Sequence record: LC592711.1
DNA length: 64,000 nucleotides
Strand: one strand, 5' to 3'
The translations under genes were made by a program, and so were the position numbers. Numbering within the stretch: the stretch's first letter is position 1; each line of letters starts with the position of its first letter. Below are positions 46,196 through 55,722 of the stretch, piece after piece. The notes under the pieces are model-generated. The model was given only the letters and a program-made list of their open reading frames with translations, made no database searches and was not told the DNA's origin.

Positions 46196-48091
46196 ATGGG
46201 TGTAACCTCTCGCGACGTACAATGGTTGCGTAAGTCTTTCCTGCTCGCTACTGATAATCTCGATGATCAGTCGCTGCAAGAGTTCGGCTATACCGACACC
46301 ATTGCACGTCCTTTCGACACAAGTCCTGGCGGCAATGAGGTAATCAACCCTCTGCCCCAATTCACCCGGCATTGCGACATCAAAGTCAAAACGCCACTCA
46401 TGAACACGTTTGGTATTGGTCGCTGGTACGATGAGACGTACGGCCAGTACTCGCAGAAAATCTACCTGCGCTTCGGTGTGCCCGAGTTCACCCCGATGTC
46501 TCAGTTCTTTACGGGGTTCTACAGCTATGAGGCTTCCCTTCTGGCCCGCACTGGCCGTGCTTCCGCTGGTATTGCTTATTACCTTGGTCGTGGGGTTGGT
46601 CTGGCTGTAACGATCTTCAACATCCCGCTGTTGTTGACGACCGTTGCTCTTGAAGCTTATCGCTTCTTCACGCAAAAACAAAGCTCGAAGTTTTACTACT
46701 TCAAGCCCGCTATGCATCTGTACTGGAATGCGGTCACCACGCTTGTGAATCACTACTGCGTGAACCGAGGCATCATTCCGCGGATGTTTACGTCTGACCA
46801 GAACCAGACGATGGCGGCTGAGAACACATACACGTCCGATGACCTCAAGCGCTTCGCTCAGGTGCTCGAAGTGTTCGATGAGAACGGCCAGGTCGACATG
46901 TACCGTTATGCTTCGTTCGCACAACGCCGCAAGAAAGCGTTCATGGACAAGCTGAAGGATATGCTCGATGTTTCGAACCTGGACTTCTCGGCATTGCACA
47001 ACAACTTCCGTTCTGCTCTGAATCAGCAAACACAGCCCGTACAAGGCCGTGCATTCAAAGAGTACATGGACCTATGGCTCAACAGTCCGGAAGGCAATGC
47101 GAACTCATCTAGCGGTTCTACGGATGGCTCCCAAGGCGAGTCGGTTGCCGACACTCAGGTGAACACGATCGATAAGCCCGATCGCGATGGTCTGTGGAAG
47201 CTCCTGCAATCTGAATGGAACGACGGTACGGCTTTCGTTTGCTTCCGCGTGAATTCCACTGGTGAAGTTTCGGAGTCCTTTTCCAGTTCCACTGCCAAGT
47301 CGGAAATCGAAGACAAGATCAACGGTCTCGCTTCGCAGGCTCGTAAGACCAGTTTCAACTTCTCTGGTGGCAATTTGACCGGAGCGTTGAGTGGTGCTCT
47401 GGGTGCTGTGGGTGACTTCGTAGGCGGCGTGGCTGACCAGTTCAACATCTCGGGTCTGGCTGTGTTGGGTGGTGCAGCATTCGTGGATATTCCGGAACAC
47501 TGGGAATCTTCGACAGCATCTCTGCCTCAGCAATCGTACACGATCCAGCTGATTGCGCCTTATGGCAATGCACTCAGTCAGCTGTTCAACATGTACATCC
47601 CACTCTTCATGATTCTGGCTGGCGCACTCCCCCGCTCCACCGGTAAGCAGTCGTATACGGCTCCGCCTCTCGTGCAGCTGTTCGACAAGGGCAAGCAACA
47701 AACGCGTCTGGGCATCATCGACTCGGTCTCAGTTCGTCGAGGCACAACCAACCTGCCGTTTAACAAACACATGCAAGCGATGGGTATCGAGGTTACGTTC
47801 TCGATCAAGGATCTCTCCTCCATCATGCACATGCCGATCTCGCAAGGCTTCTCGTTGAATCCGACGAAAGGCATCTTCGACGAAGACACGGTATTCTCGG
47901 ACTACATGGGCGTGCTGGCTGGTCTCGATCTCGATGATCAGATCTACTCGTTCCGTAAGTTCGCTCTGAACATGACTCGTTACGCAACCAACTGGCGTAG
48001 CTGGACGTCGTCATCTCACATGGCGTCGTTCCTCGCTAACGGCACTCCGCTGCGTTTCGTGTCGATGTTCTACAAGGGTATCGATCCATAA
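46196..48091 (+). CDS. Virion structural (baseplate/tail) protein (phiKZ gp182-like)
   Basis: 631 aa, CAGGAG RBS; 'INPLPQFTRHCDI', 'PYGN', 'RGTTNLPF'; synteny. Confidence 0.7.
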   Translation: MGVTSRDVQWLRKSFLLATDNLDDQSLQEFGYTDTIARPFDTSPGGNEVINPLPQFTRHCDIKVKTPLMNTFGIGRWYDETYGQYSQKIYLRFGVPEFTPMSQFFTGFYSYEASLLARTGRASAGIAYYLGRGVGLAVTIFNIPLLLTTVALEAYRFFTQKQSSKFYYFKPAMHLYWNAVTTLVNHYCVNRGIIPRMFTSDQNQTMAAENTYTSDDLKRFAQVLEVFDENGQVDMYRYASFAQRRKKAFMDKLKDMLDVSNLDFSALHNNFRSALNQQTQPVQGRAFKEYMDLWLNSPEGNANSSSGSTDGSQGESVADTQVNTIDKPDRDGLWKLLQSEWNDGTAFVCFRVNSTGEVSESFSSSTAKSEIEDKINGLASQARKTSFNFSGGNLTGALSGALGAVGDFVGGVADQFNISGLAVLGGAAFVDIPEHWESSTASLPQQSYTIQLIAPYGNALSQLFNMYIPLFMILAGALPRSTGKQSYTAPPLVQLFDKGKQQTRLGIIDSVSVRRGTTNLPFNKHMQAMGIEVTFSIKDLSSIMHMPISQGFSLNPTKGIFDEDTVFSDYMGVLAGLDLDDQIYSFRKFALNMTRYATNWRSWTSSSHMASFLANGTPLRFVSMFYKGIDP

Positions 48092-48100
48092 AGCAAAAGC

Positions 48101-48134
48101 CATATACCACCTGGCGCAAGCCAGGTGGTATATG
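48101..48134. terminator. 15-bp hairpin at a convergent junction
   Basis: catataccacctggc-gcaa-gccaggtggtatatg. Confidence 0.75.
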
Positions 48135-48142
48135 TTCGTCTA

Positions 48143-49345
48143 TTAACCGCCAGGAATGGTGGTGGACTTGCCGGCAATCAGATCATCCAGCCACTGGATG
48201 TTGCGAGGAGCACCCAGGTCTTCTTGCGGCGGCTGAACGCGAGGATCCGTGTCACGCACCACCTGGTTCGAACCAGTCGAAACCGATTGGGGGAAACGCT
48301 TCGAGATCTCTTCGTTAACCGACAGAGGCTTGTCGAACACTTGCAGTGCTGCGTACGTTTTGTCGATGGAGTTGGTGGAAGTCAAACCACCCGTAGTGAA
48401 GATGTTCTTTACTTGAACCGACGCGCCCAACAAAGAAGTCAGGTCACGCAGTGGCGCTGTCGAGCCTTGAGGCTTGAAGTCCGATGTGTTCCAGTTCGGA
48501 TCGACTTTCTGATAGGCGCCCTGATACTGAACGAATTGACCGTTCGAACCAGAGATGTCGGAAGGCGTATAAGACGTCTTGTCATTCTTGGCCAGCTGAG
48601 ACACGGCGTTCGGCTGAAGCATGCCCACCGCACCATTGCCGATATAATCGGTCATCGCTGCAACAGAAGCCAGATCCCCACGAGCCAAAGCACCAGGCAA
48701 TGAGCCAGTTGCGACCGTGTAAAGGATCGAACCTTTGTTTACGAGCGTGGTGGAAGACTGGATGGTGTCAGCAATGACTCCAAAAGCCCCCTGAATGCCC
48801 TGTGCGCCTGCCTCTCCGACTAGAGCGGTGAAGACTCCTCCGAGAGCGCCGTTGGCACTGAGAGCGATTCCGGCCTTCCCAGCCACGGCGTTGATTGTGT
48901 TCGCGATTCCACGAATGTCGGAAAAATTACCAGTCTGAACCGCACGAACGATTCCATTGACCGTCGTGTAGACTCGGTTGGCTTCCTTGATCAGACCAGT
49001 GACTTCGTTGACGCCACTCTTGACAGCAGCAATAGCCGACTGACTACCCGAGACCACATCGCTTACGAGCGACTTGGCTTTCGAATATTCGTCCGAAAAA
49101 GCTGCAGAGATTTTGTCTGTGAGGGATTCAGGATTCAATCCCAGTACGCCATCTGTGGCGCTCTTCAGCAGATTGCCTGAAGTGAATTTGCTCAGGAACC
49201 CGAACTTGTCGGACAGATCGAATCCGGTCAGATTCAGATCCTGAAAACTGTTAACGACCGAGGAGTCTGTCTTTTTGTAGACGTCCTCGACTACGGTTTT
49301 CTCGTCCGGTGTCCGGCTTAGAATACTGGAAGCTAAGGTCGGCAT
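48143..49345 (-). CDS. Virion structural protein
   Basis: 400 aa, Ser/Gly/Ala-rich; start follows hairpin+TTATG. Confidence 0.65.
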   Translation of the reverse strand: MPTLASSILSRTPDEKTVVEDVYKKTDSSVVNSFQDLNLTGFDLSDKFGFLSKFTSGNLLKSATDGVLGLNPESLTDKISAAFSDEYSKAKSLVSDVVSGSQSAIAAVKSGVNEVTGLIKEANRVYTTVNGIVRAVQTGNFSDIRGIANTINAVAGKAGIALSANGALGGVFTALVGEAGAQGIQGAFGVIADTIQSSTTLVNKGSILYTVATGSLPGALARGDLASVAAMTDYIGNGAVGMLQPNAVSQLAKNDKTSYTPSDISGSNGQFVQYQGAYQKVDPNWNTSDFKPQGSTAPLRDLTSLLGASVQVKNIFTTGGLTSTNSIDKTYAALQVFDKPLSVNEEISKRFPQSVSTGSNQVVRDTDPRVQPPQEDLGAPRNIQWLDDLIAGKSTTIPGG

Positions 49346-49388
49346 TTTTTCACCAGAAAAAAATATAGGTCACAACATAAGCAGATTC

Positions 49389-49420
49389 CTGACAGTGTAG
49401 CCCGAAGGCTACACTGTCAG
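49389..49420 (-). terminator. 14-bp hairpin (UUCG loop on the minus strand) followed by TTATG
   Basis: ctgacagtgtagcc-cgaa-ggctacactgtcag; CATAA at 49376-49380. Confidence 0.7.
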
Positions 49421-49431
49421 TATCCATAGAA

Positions 49432-49998
49432 TTACTTCTCCTGAATCAGCGTAAAGTTCATGTCCCGGAAGTTCACAAACTCGTGAGGTTTCTCACCGCG
49501 AAGGATATCGCGCACGTCATTCAGAACGCCAATGTACAGACTGCTGTGACTCGGACGAATCGGAAGACGGTCCGGGCCTTGCAGGTAATAATGATCGAAA
49601 GGCAAATCGTTTTCGACCATCATCTGTGCATAATGGCTATTCGTTTGCAACTTGAGAATGGTTGCATCGAGGATCAGTTCACGAAACTTATCGCACGAGT
49701 ACTTCGGCGACAGTCGCATGAAATTGATTGCCTGATGCGGCTCCATATTTCGAATTGCATCACGTGTGCCACCGGTGTTCAGGTAGCAGAACATGTTCTG
49801 CACGGTCCGGAAATGCCCGAGCAGAGGATGGTGGATCGGCTCACCAACGTTGTACGACAATGCAAGCAGACGACCGAGCTTGGTCTTCGCCTTCATTTGC
49901 GTGTTGATGTGGGTGTAACCATCTTCATGCGGATTGGGACGAACAGTCAAGTCACTCATTGCTTTCTCCGGAATCTTTCTTCTTGTTCTTGTGACCAA
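49432..49998 (-). CDS. Divergent NADAR/T4 gp30.3-like protein (tentative)
   Basis: 'HINTQMKAKTKLGRLL...HHPLLGHFRTVQNMFCYL' resembles the jumbo-phage 'HIN...LGRLLSNF...G.F.SVEG' family; key positions diverge. Confidence 0.4.
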   Translation of the reverse strand: MVTRTRRKIPEKAMSDLTVRPNPHEDGYTHINTQMKAKTKLGRLLALSYNVGEPIHHPLLGHFRTVQNMFCYLNTGGTRDAIRNMEPHQAINFMRLSPKYSCDKFRELILDATILKLQTNSHYAQMMVENDLPFDHYYLQGPDRLPIRPSHSSLYIGVLNDVRDILRGEKPHEFVNFRDMNFTLIQEK

Positions 49999-50524
49999 TC
50001 AGCTTACGCATCAAAGCCTTAAGAGGGCTGCCTTCTTTTTTCGATTGAAGGAAATCGTTTACTTGCGCGATGAGTTCCGATTCCTCATCCTCCTCGCTCA
50101 GACTAAGCAGAACATCGGGAGTAAGCGGATACCGAACCTTGCCGACAAGACGACGACCATCTTTCATCTTCCAGATAGCCAGCAGTTCGATCTCTTCGAC
50201 ATTGGCGACAACAGCTGCCTTGACGAAGGTTGAGACCGACATACTTTCATCTTCAGAGAACACCTGGTTCGTGATGTTGCCGCGCGCACTGGTGCGATGT
50301 GCTGGCGTTTGCGGGATCCCGTTTGCGGGATCGTTCACATAACGCTTAAGCAGGGCGTCCCAAGTTTCCAGGCGTGTTATGCCCAGTCCTTTGAACAGAA
50401 ATCGGTGAGTCAGATACCAAAGAACATTCTTCGGCCTTGAGGGGAAATTGAATATTCCCCGAGCAGTCAGGTCCATCTGACTGTTGACTCGTCGTGTGAC
50501 GAGACTATCTTCTTTTCGTGCCAT
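49952..50524 (-). CDS. Conserved phiKZ-like hypothetical protein (possible DNA binding)
   Basis: 190 aa; 'RGNITNQV...MSVSTFVKA' motif. Confidence 0.65.
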   Translation of the reverse strand: MARKEDSLVTRRVNSQMDLTARGIFNFPSRPKNVLWYLTHRFLFKGLGITRLETWDALLKRYVNDPANGIPQTPAHRTSARGNITNQVFSEDESMSVSTFVKAAVVANVEEIELLAIWKMKDGRRLVGKVRYPLTPDVLLSLSEEDEESELIAQVNDFLQSKKEGSPLKALMRKLIGHKNKKKDSGESNE

Positions 50525-50578
50525 TTGATAGGCTCCAAACAGTGATATGGTTTTCCATACCGGTTAAGATGACTTTGG

Positions 50579-51094
50579 TCATTCGCCAAAGTGTTCAAGT
50601 AAAGCATTGATAAACCCAGTCAACGTCTGCGTGTATTTGTACAGCTGACGATGGTTGTGTTCCATAGCACCATGCAGTTCCATGTCTGCGAACTTCATGT
50701 ACTCGTAGTAAGTGTCGATCAACTCTACTGCTCGTTGGATCTTCACCGCCGTGTCGTCCACGTAGTAGCCATCGTGAACAAAGAGGAAGTCGTCAAATCT
50801 CGGATTCTTCAATTCCCTCACAGAGAAGATTCCGCGTTCAATATGTTGCTTATCTTTCAGATAGTCATTTACCTCCAGGAGTGACTTAATGAAGTCCGGC
50901 AAGTTCTCGGAGAAACATTCGATTCTTCCGAGAGAGGCCGGCGACTTGGTAAGAGTCAATTGCGTGATACCGATGCGACCCAGTGCAATCTGGAGTTGCA
51001 TATAGATGCTGTCGGGATCAGCTTTCTTCTCTTCTACCGCAACGGGTTCAGGAGTATTCCTTCTCCGCAGATAGTCGAACAGTCGCTGTATCAT
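50579..51094 (-). CDS. Hypothetical helical protein
   Basis: GAAGG RBS before ATG 51094; early motif 43 nt upstream. Confidence 0.7.
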   Translation of the reverse strand: MIQRLFDYLRRRNTPEPVAVEEKKADPDSIYMQLQIALGRIGITQLTLTKSPASLGRIECFSENLPDFIKSLLEVNDYLKDKQHIERGIFSVRELKNPRFDDFLFVHDGYYVDDTAVKIQRAVELIDTYYEYMKFADMELHGAMEHNHRQLYKYTQTLTGFINALLEHFGE

Positions 51095-51136
51095 GTGACC
51101 TTCATTCAATGGATTTTCCAGACATAGATCCAAATA

Positions 51137-51152
51137 GTAATATATGTCTGAG
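51137..51152 (-). promoter_or_regulatory. Early promoter motif
   Basis: Minus strand CTCAGACATATATTAC contains TATATTAC. Confidence 0.7.
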
Positions 51153-51173
51153 CTGTTTTAAAGGAGAAACATC

Positions 51174-51611
51174 GTGTCCTCATTGACACCTGAAAAGATC
51201 GAGGAAAGTTTTCAGGACCTCGACTACACCACGGGAATCCGCAAACAGATCGTGACTGCTCTGCTTCCGGATGCGCTAGGGAGCAAAGATCCTGAGCTTG
51301 CTCGAACTGTCATGCAGGGGCTCGACGGCATTGATAAAGTTGCCCTTGGTCGTCTCAAACTCAATGAGAAAGCCAAGGAAAACGAAACCCGTGCTGACGA
51401 AGCCGCGGCAATGGCACAGTATCTGGTTACTTTGTCTGACCGCCGTCAAAAGGAAGGCAAGCCGGAAGTCAGCCACAACGAAACAGTCGGACGCAAGCTG
51501 CCGGAAGACCGTCGGCCGGCCTACGATCCGTCTGTTCGTGACTCTGCAGCGGGTAGCGAAAACACGTCGGAATTCACCGAACGCATCGAAGGTGAGAACG
51601 GAAAGCGTTAA
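51174..51611 (+). CDS. Hypothetical protein
   Basis: 145 aa, GTG start with AAGGAG RBS. Confidence 0.75.
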   Translation: MSSLTPEKIEESFQDLDYTTGIRKQIVTALLPDALGSKDPELARTVMQGLDGIDKVALGRLKLNEKAKENETRADEAAAMAQYLVTLSDRRQKEGKPEVSHNETVGRKLPEDRRPAYDPSVRDSAAGSENTSEFTERIEGENGKR

Positions 51612-52402
51612 TCCGCTTTGTTCTGTTCCACCAGTTTCTTATCGAGTTCATCGATAGAAAGATGCTTCGAAACGTCGACGTCTTCGATCGCAGCCAGACG
51701 TTCATCTGGGTAGATGATCGAAAAGTGTTCAACGTTAATGAACTTCAAGTGAATCCTGGGAGCCACTGCGGCTTCCAGGACCGCTAGGCTATTTATGCCG
51801 CGTTTCATCTGCTCGATAACTTCTTCGTCCTTATCCGGATCGGAGTTGAAGTACACCATCGGAGCCACCAGCAACAGGAACGGCTTCGGATTTTTGATGA
51901 GCGAATTGGCATGTGCGTTGAGGTAGTGGTGGTAGTCGTACATCACCATCATCACGTAATTCTCAGCACACAAAGCGGGCGTCATTTCCTTGATGTCTTT
52001 GCTGATGACATTCACGCCAATGCGACCCTGGAACTTCAGATAGATGATACTGCGCAGTGCAGCCATCTCGTCAGGCTGGAACGGATACGGCCAGACGTTC
52101 ACATCCAGCTGAGGCTTCTGATTGTCCGGCAGTTCGTGAGCAATCGTTTCCTTCATCAGTTCGGCAATCTGGGGAGCCAGAAAGACGAAGATGTTGGTCA
52201 TGAGTGCTTCTTGCAAAGTCTCGACCTCGAACTTGTTGTAAAGCTCGTCGTAGGCTTTCTTATCGATACCTTCGAAGAAGTCACCCTTACGAACGTGATA
52301 GCCGTTCTTAATGAGGCTATGAGCGGCTTCCGGGTTCAGGCGCTTCACTACCCCATAGCGCGCATCCAGGAGAGCGCCAATCTCTACGTAGATGCCTTTC
52401 AT
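51608..52402 (-). CDS. Degenerate HAD-fold protein (tentative)
   Basis: 'IYVEIGALLDARYG' sits where the HAD DxD motif is expected, followed by 'LDVNVWPY'. Confidence 0.45.
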   Translation of the reverse strand: MKGIYVEIGALLDARYGVVKRLNPEAAHSLIKNGYHVRKGDFFEGIDKKAYDELYNKFEVETLQEALMTNIFVFLAPQIAELMKETIAHELPDNQKPQLDVNVWPYPFQPDEMAALRSIIYLKFQGRIGVNVISKDIKEMTPALCAENYVMMVMYDYHHYLNAHANSLIKNPKPFLLLVAPMVYFNSDPDKDEEVIEQMKRGINSLAVLEAAVAPRIHLKFINVEHFSIIYPDERLAAIEDVDVSKHLSIDELDKKLVEQNKAD

Positions 52403-52887
52403 TATGCGACTACCTCCGCAATGATTTCAGGATTACCGTACGTGAAGAGAACAGCAAACATCACGAGGTAGCGGTTGTTCTGAAGGATCTTGATAATGCC
52501 GTCCGGATCAGGAATACGATCACGATATTCCGTACCCATAAACGAAAGTTTCGGATCCGCTGCTTCTTTCGTGTTGAAGGCTTGAGCCAGATGGACGATC
52601 AGTGCCTGATAATCCTGCTCGGGCAAAGTGAAACGAGTGCGGAACAACGCCGTCAACGTGTAGACCAGGTTGATGTGTAGTGTGTCCTTGTAGATCATGT
52701 CGTAGAGATTCTGCATCGAATCTTCCGTGAACACGAGCCAGCCTTGCGTTTGCAAGAGAACTTCGGCGAGAAAAGTTGCTTCATTCTGACGATTCTCGCC
52801 CTTGATCGTCAGGTTATGGAAATAATGCGACAGCGCACTGTTGATTGCGTTCTGTGCGGTTTCCGTGATTTCTGCAAGTGTAGACAT
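52402..52887 (-). CDS. Conserved phiKZ-like hypothetical protein
   Basis: GGAG RBS before ATG 52887; 161 aa, helical. Confidence 0.7.
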   Translation of the reverse strand: MSTLAEITETAQNAINSALSHYFHNLTIKGENRQNEATFLAEVLLQTQGWLVFTEDSMQNLYDMIYKDTLHINLVYTLTALFRTRFTLPEQDYQALIVHLAQAFNTKEAADPKLSFMGTEYRDRIPDPDGIIKILQNNRYLVMFAVLFTYGNPEIIAEVVA

Positions 52888-52913
52888 AAAGACTCCGAAC
52901 AAAAGATACGACA

Positions 52914-52939
52914 GAGTACCTGGCCGAAGCCAGGTACTC
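52914..52939 (-). terminator. 11-bp hairpin (UUCG loop on the minus strand) after vRNAP beta-C
   Basis: gagtacctggc-cgaa-gccaggtactc. Confidence 0.65.
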
Positions 52940-52951
52940 ACACAGGATGGC

Positions 52952-53635
52952 TCACAGCGTGTTGTCGTAGTGCATGCCAAGAAGGATGTTACGAAGCGAA
53001 CGGGTCGATCCGACCTCACCCGCATAGGGTTCGAGTGCTTTCATGGAGGCCCCGCCAGTCTTCATGATCGCTTGATTCATGAGACGATTGCCTTTCACGT
53101 CGCCCCCGCGCCAGTGCATGAATTCTTCAATGGTCTTCTTCAGACCGAAAGCCTTCAGCAGTGACAGTTCGGGGTAACTGATCTTCGATCCCTTGCTATC
53201 GCCAGTGACCTGACCAGTAAAGTCGTCGATCGAGTGGTTGTTTTCCGGAATGGAAATCTTCTCCACCAGCAGCTGCGCCTGACGTCGTACCGGGAACGGT
53301 AGAATCAGATACGCATTGGGCGTCAGGAACCAGTCGCCTGATTCATCCTGATACCAGAGATGCTGGAAGAATTGAATTCCAAACTTCGGTCCAAGGACGT
53401 TGATGTTTCGCATCGTGTCCAAGGGGAACTTGCCGCCTGGTGGATCGATATACACCAGCGCGCCTTCCTTGTTTCGCATGCGCTCGATCCAGTTATGGAA
53501 CTGAGCGTCATTCAGGTACTTCGGGCTTTTCGGATCGAAGAGTGCCTGGTAAAGAGCCACGTTCGGATTGCCAGGGGCAATCGCGTCAATGATCTCCAGA
53601 CACATCTTCTCAGCCGCCTTGCGGTTACGTGGCAT
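52952..53635 (-). CDS. Virion RNA polymerase beta subunit, C-terminal part (phiKZ gp149-like)
   Basis: 'VRRQAQLLVEKIS...DDFTGQVTGDSKGSKISYPE...EFMHWRGGD' corresponds to the beta C-terminal GQRFGEME and KSDD region. Confidence 0.8.
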   Translation of the reverse strand: MPRNRKAAEKMCLEIIDAIAPGNPNVALYQALFDPKSPKYLNDAQFHNWIERMRNKEGALVYIDPPGGKFPLDTMRNINVLGPKFGIQFFQHLWYQDESGDWFLTPNAYLILPFPVRRQAQLLVEKISIPENNHSIDDFTGQVTGDSKGSKISYPELSLLKAFGLKKTIEEFMHWRGGDVKGNRLMNQAIMKTGGASMKALEPYAGEVGSTRSLRNILLGMHYDNTL

Positions 53636-54173
53636 CGGGTTCGTCCTTGAGGCGAATCAGTCGCAACTTGATCTGCTTGTCTTTGCATCGCTCCAACATA
53701 TCTTTGGTTCCGGGAGAATGACCGTCCCAGAAGCCAAGACCATGGCTCGATACATTAGCCATATCCTGGTTGCGCATGAAGCCAGCCAAAGCGTTGTACT
53801 GCTTGCCTTGAGCATTGGTCTTAATCTTCGCACCAGGAACGTCGATGTTGTTCCAATCAGCCGGGAACTCACTCCAGCGCCAGCCTTTAGCTTTTGCCCA
53901 ATCGACGATCTGTTTGTCGGCACCTTCTTTCGCCATGCCAGACACAAACACTGTGTTTTCGGGGATAAAAGACCAGTCACGAATGAAGCCTTCCAAACAA
54001 GCTTCAAAGATTTCCTGGTCTACATTTTTCCGACTGCCAAAAACGACTACTACGTTTTTGAACTTTCTCAATTCGTCACGTCGGATCGGACGAACCGGCT
54101 TGCCATCGCTCATGATTCTGCAATCCTGGTTAAGCCCCGAAAATTGATAGTTCTTCTCAATATATCGAGGCAT
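53625..54173 (-). CDS. SLOG-superfamily protein (YspA/DUF2493-like)
   Basis: 'VVFGSRK', 'VSGMAKEGAD', 'FPADW', 'AGFMRNQDMA', 'FWDGHSPGTKDM'. Confidence 0.8.
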   Translation of the reverse strand: MPRYIEKNYQFSGLNQDCRIMSDGKPVRPIRRDELRKFKNVVVVFGSRKNVDQEIFEACLEGFIRDWSFIPENTVFVSGMAKEGADKQIVDWAKAKGWRWSEFPADWNNIDVPGAKIKTNAQGKQYNALAGFMRNQDMANVSSHGLGFWDGHSPGTKDMLERCKDKQIKLRLIRLKDEPDAT

Positions 54174-54179
54174 AAAAAG

Positions 54180-54202
54180 GAGAGCGGAATCAATCCGCTC
54201 TC
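54180..54202 (-). terminator. 9-bp hairpin after uvsX
   Basis: gagagcgga-atcaa-tccgctctc; CATAA at 54171-54175. Confidence 0.55.
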
Positions 54203-54207
54203 ACGTT

Positions 54208-55617
54208 TTACTTCCAATAAGGCTTGTACTTGTCAATACGCATGCGCATCAAGTCCAGCGTCGAGAGGTAAGGAATGGGGTGATCGTCGTTGTTCAACGT
54301 CCACCAGCCACGAGTATTGCCCAGGATTTCATCCCAGTCGTAACCCTTTTCCTTGATGCCGTCGAACAGTTCCTTCGGCGTGCACAACAGACCCTGATTG
54401 CGAAGCTCGGGCATCAGACGGCTCATTTGCATGAGTTCCATCGTGATGTTGAGCGCGCGTTGCAGCATGGGGTCGGTGTCGATCTTCGAACGAACCTTCG
54501 TACGGCTCAGCTTGGCATCAGGGCGAAGAGTCAGGTAGTAATTCTGATCGTTGCCCTCCAGACCGAAAGAGTCCGGATGATCCCACAGATTATAGAACTC
54601 GGTCATCGCCGGCAGAATGCCTTGCTTCTGCGAAACGATCAGACGAATGGGCACACCCGACGGACCCGACTTGCCTCGCAACTCAACCGCGTGCAATACG
54701 TTCAGGTCGGTATCGCCTTCAGCGTTGTCGAACTCGTCACGCGGGAATTGCGGCAGCTTCGTCTGACGATGGATCAGCTTCTCCAGATTGTAGAACTGGA
54801 CGATCGAGTTCATGATGTACGTGAACTTGTCCGTCACGCCCTTCATCTTGACGTTGCCCTGGATGTTCGACAGCTTCTTCTTTTCCGGATTGTATTGATC
54901 CAGATTGAAGATGGGGCCGACCTGAGCGGTCATGGAGAAGTAGTGAGAAGCCTTGTGAAGCAGCGGCGGCAGTTCCGAGAGCAGACGCAGCTTGTTGATA
55001 CCCTGCTTCATGAACATCGTCTCGGCGCCCTTCTCGCCAAGACCCGTATCGGAGTTCATCTTCGACACGTCTTTGGTCACGAAGTCCGTGAACGAGTCCA
55101 GACCACCGAACGTCGGGATGATCATGTCCATCAGTTCGTTGGTCGTGCCCAGCTTCACGAAAGGAAGCGGTGCGCGATACTCTTTCTTCTTGCCGAGATC
55201 GCACTTCGTTTCCAGGAATTCCTTGGTCTTGTCGTACCACTCTTCACCGCCATAGACCTTGCGGTTGGTAACGACGAAGCGTTCGGATTCGATCGGGTCC
55301 ACTCCGTCGAACTCAGGAAGCTGTGCGGCGAGATCGCCAACGCGCGTACCCTGTGTGTTCATTTCGGTTTCGAACATGGAGCCTGTCGATTCGCCATGAA
55401 TGCGATACATTGCTCGCAGGTTCTTGTACAGCATCGAGGTGGTCTTGAAGAGGTTACCGCCACCTACGTAACCGCTCAGCTGAGCATGCCCGCCATTGAG
55501 CAATGCTTCGCCATGTTGGCCGTAATACCAGCGGCCGGTGATGATGTCGAGACCGGCTCCCACGTTGATCATGGGTGCAAGATGTTCGGCCTTTTGGTAA
55601 GGTTGTTTAAACAGCAT
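54208..55617 (-). CDS. uvsX: UvsX/RecA-like recombinase (phiKZ gp152-like)
   Basis: UvsX-type Walker A 'GGGNLFKT', 'FETE', 'LDSF', 'KGVTDKF', 'RGKSGPSG'; GGAG RBS before ATG 55617. Confidence 0.8.
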   Translation of the reverse strand: MLFKQPYQKAEHLAPMINVGAGLDIITGRWYYGQHGEALLNGGHAQLSGYVGGGNLFKTTSMLYKNLRAMYRIHGESTGSMFETEMNTQGTRVGDLAAQLPEFDGVDPIESERFVVTNRKVYGGEEWYDKTKEFLETKCDLGKKKEYRAPLPFVKLGTTNELMDMIIPTFGGLDSFTDFVTKDVSKMNSDTGLGEKGAETMFMKQGINKLRLLSELPPLLHKASHYFSMTAQVGPIFNLDQYNPEKKKLSNIQGNVKMKGVTDKFTYIMNSIVQFYNLEKLIHRQTKLPQFPRDEFDNAEGDTDLNVLHAVELRGKSGPSGVPIRLIVSQKQGILPAMTEFYNLWDHPDSFGLEGNDQNYYLTLRPDAKLSRTKVRSKIDTDPMLQRALNITMELMQMSRLMPELRNQGLLCTPKELFDGIKEKGYDWDEILGNTRGWWTLNNDDHPIPYLSTLDLMRMRIDKYKPYWK

Positions 55618-55722
55618 GTGAATGCTCTCCAATCATTTGAAATGAAGAATGCGTGAGTCAAACTATGGGGTTTTTCACTAAAAATATAGTTTGGCGTCTT
55701 TGATTACCTTAGCGAGATACCC

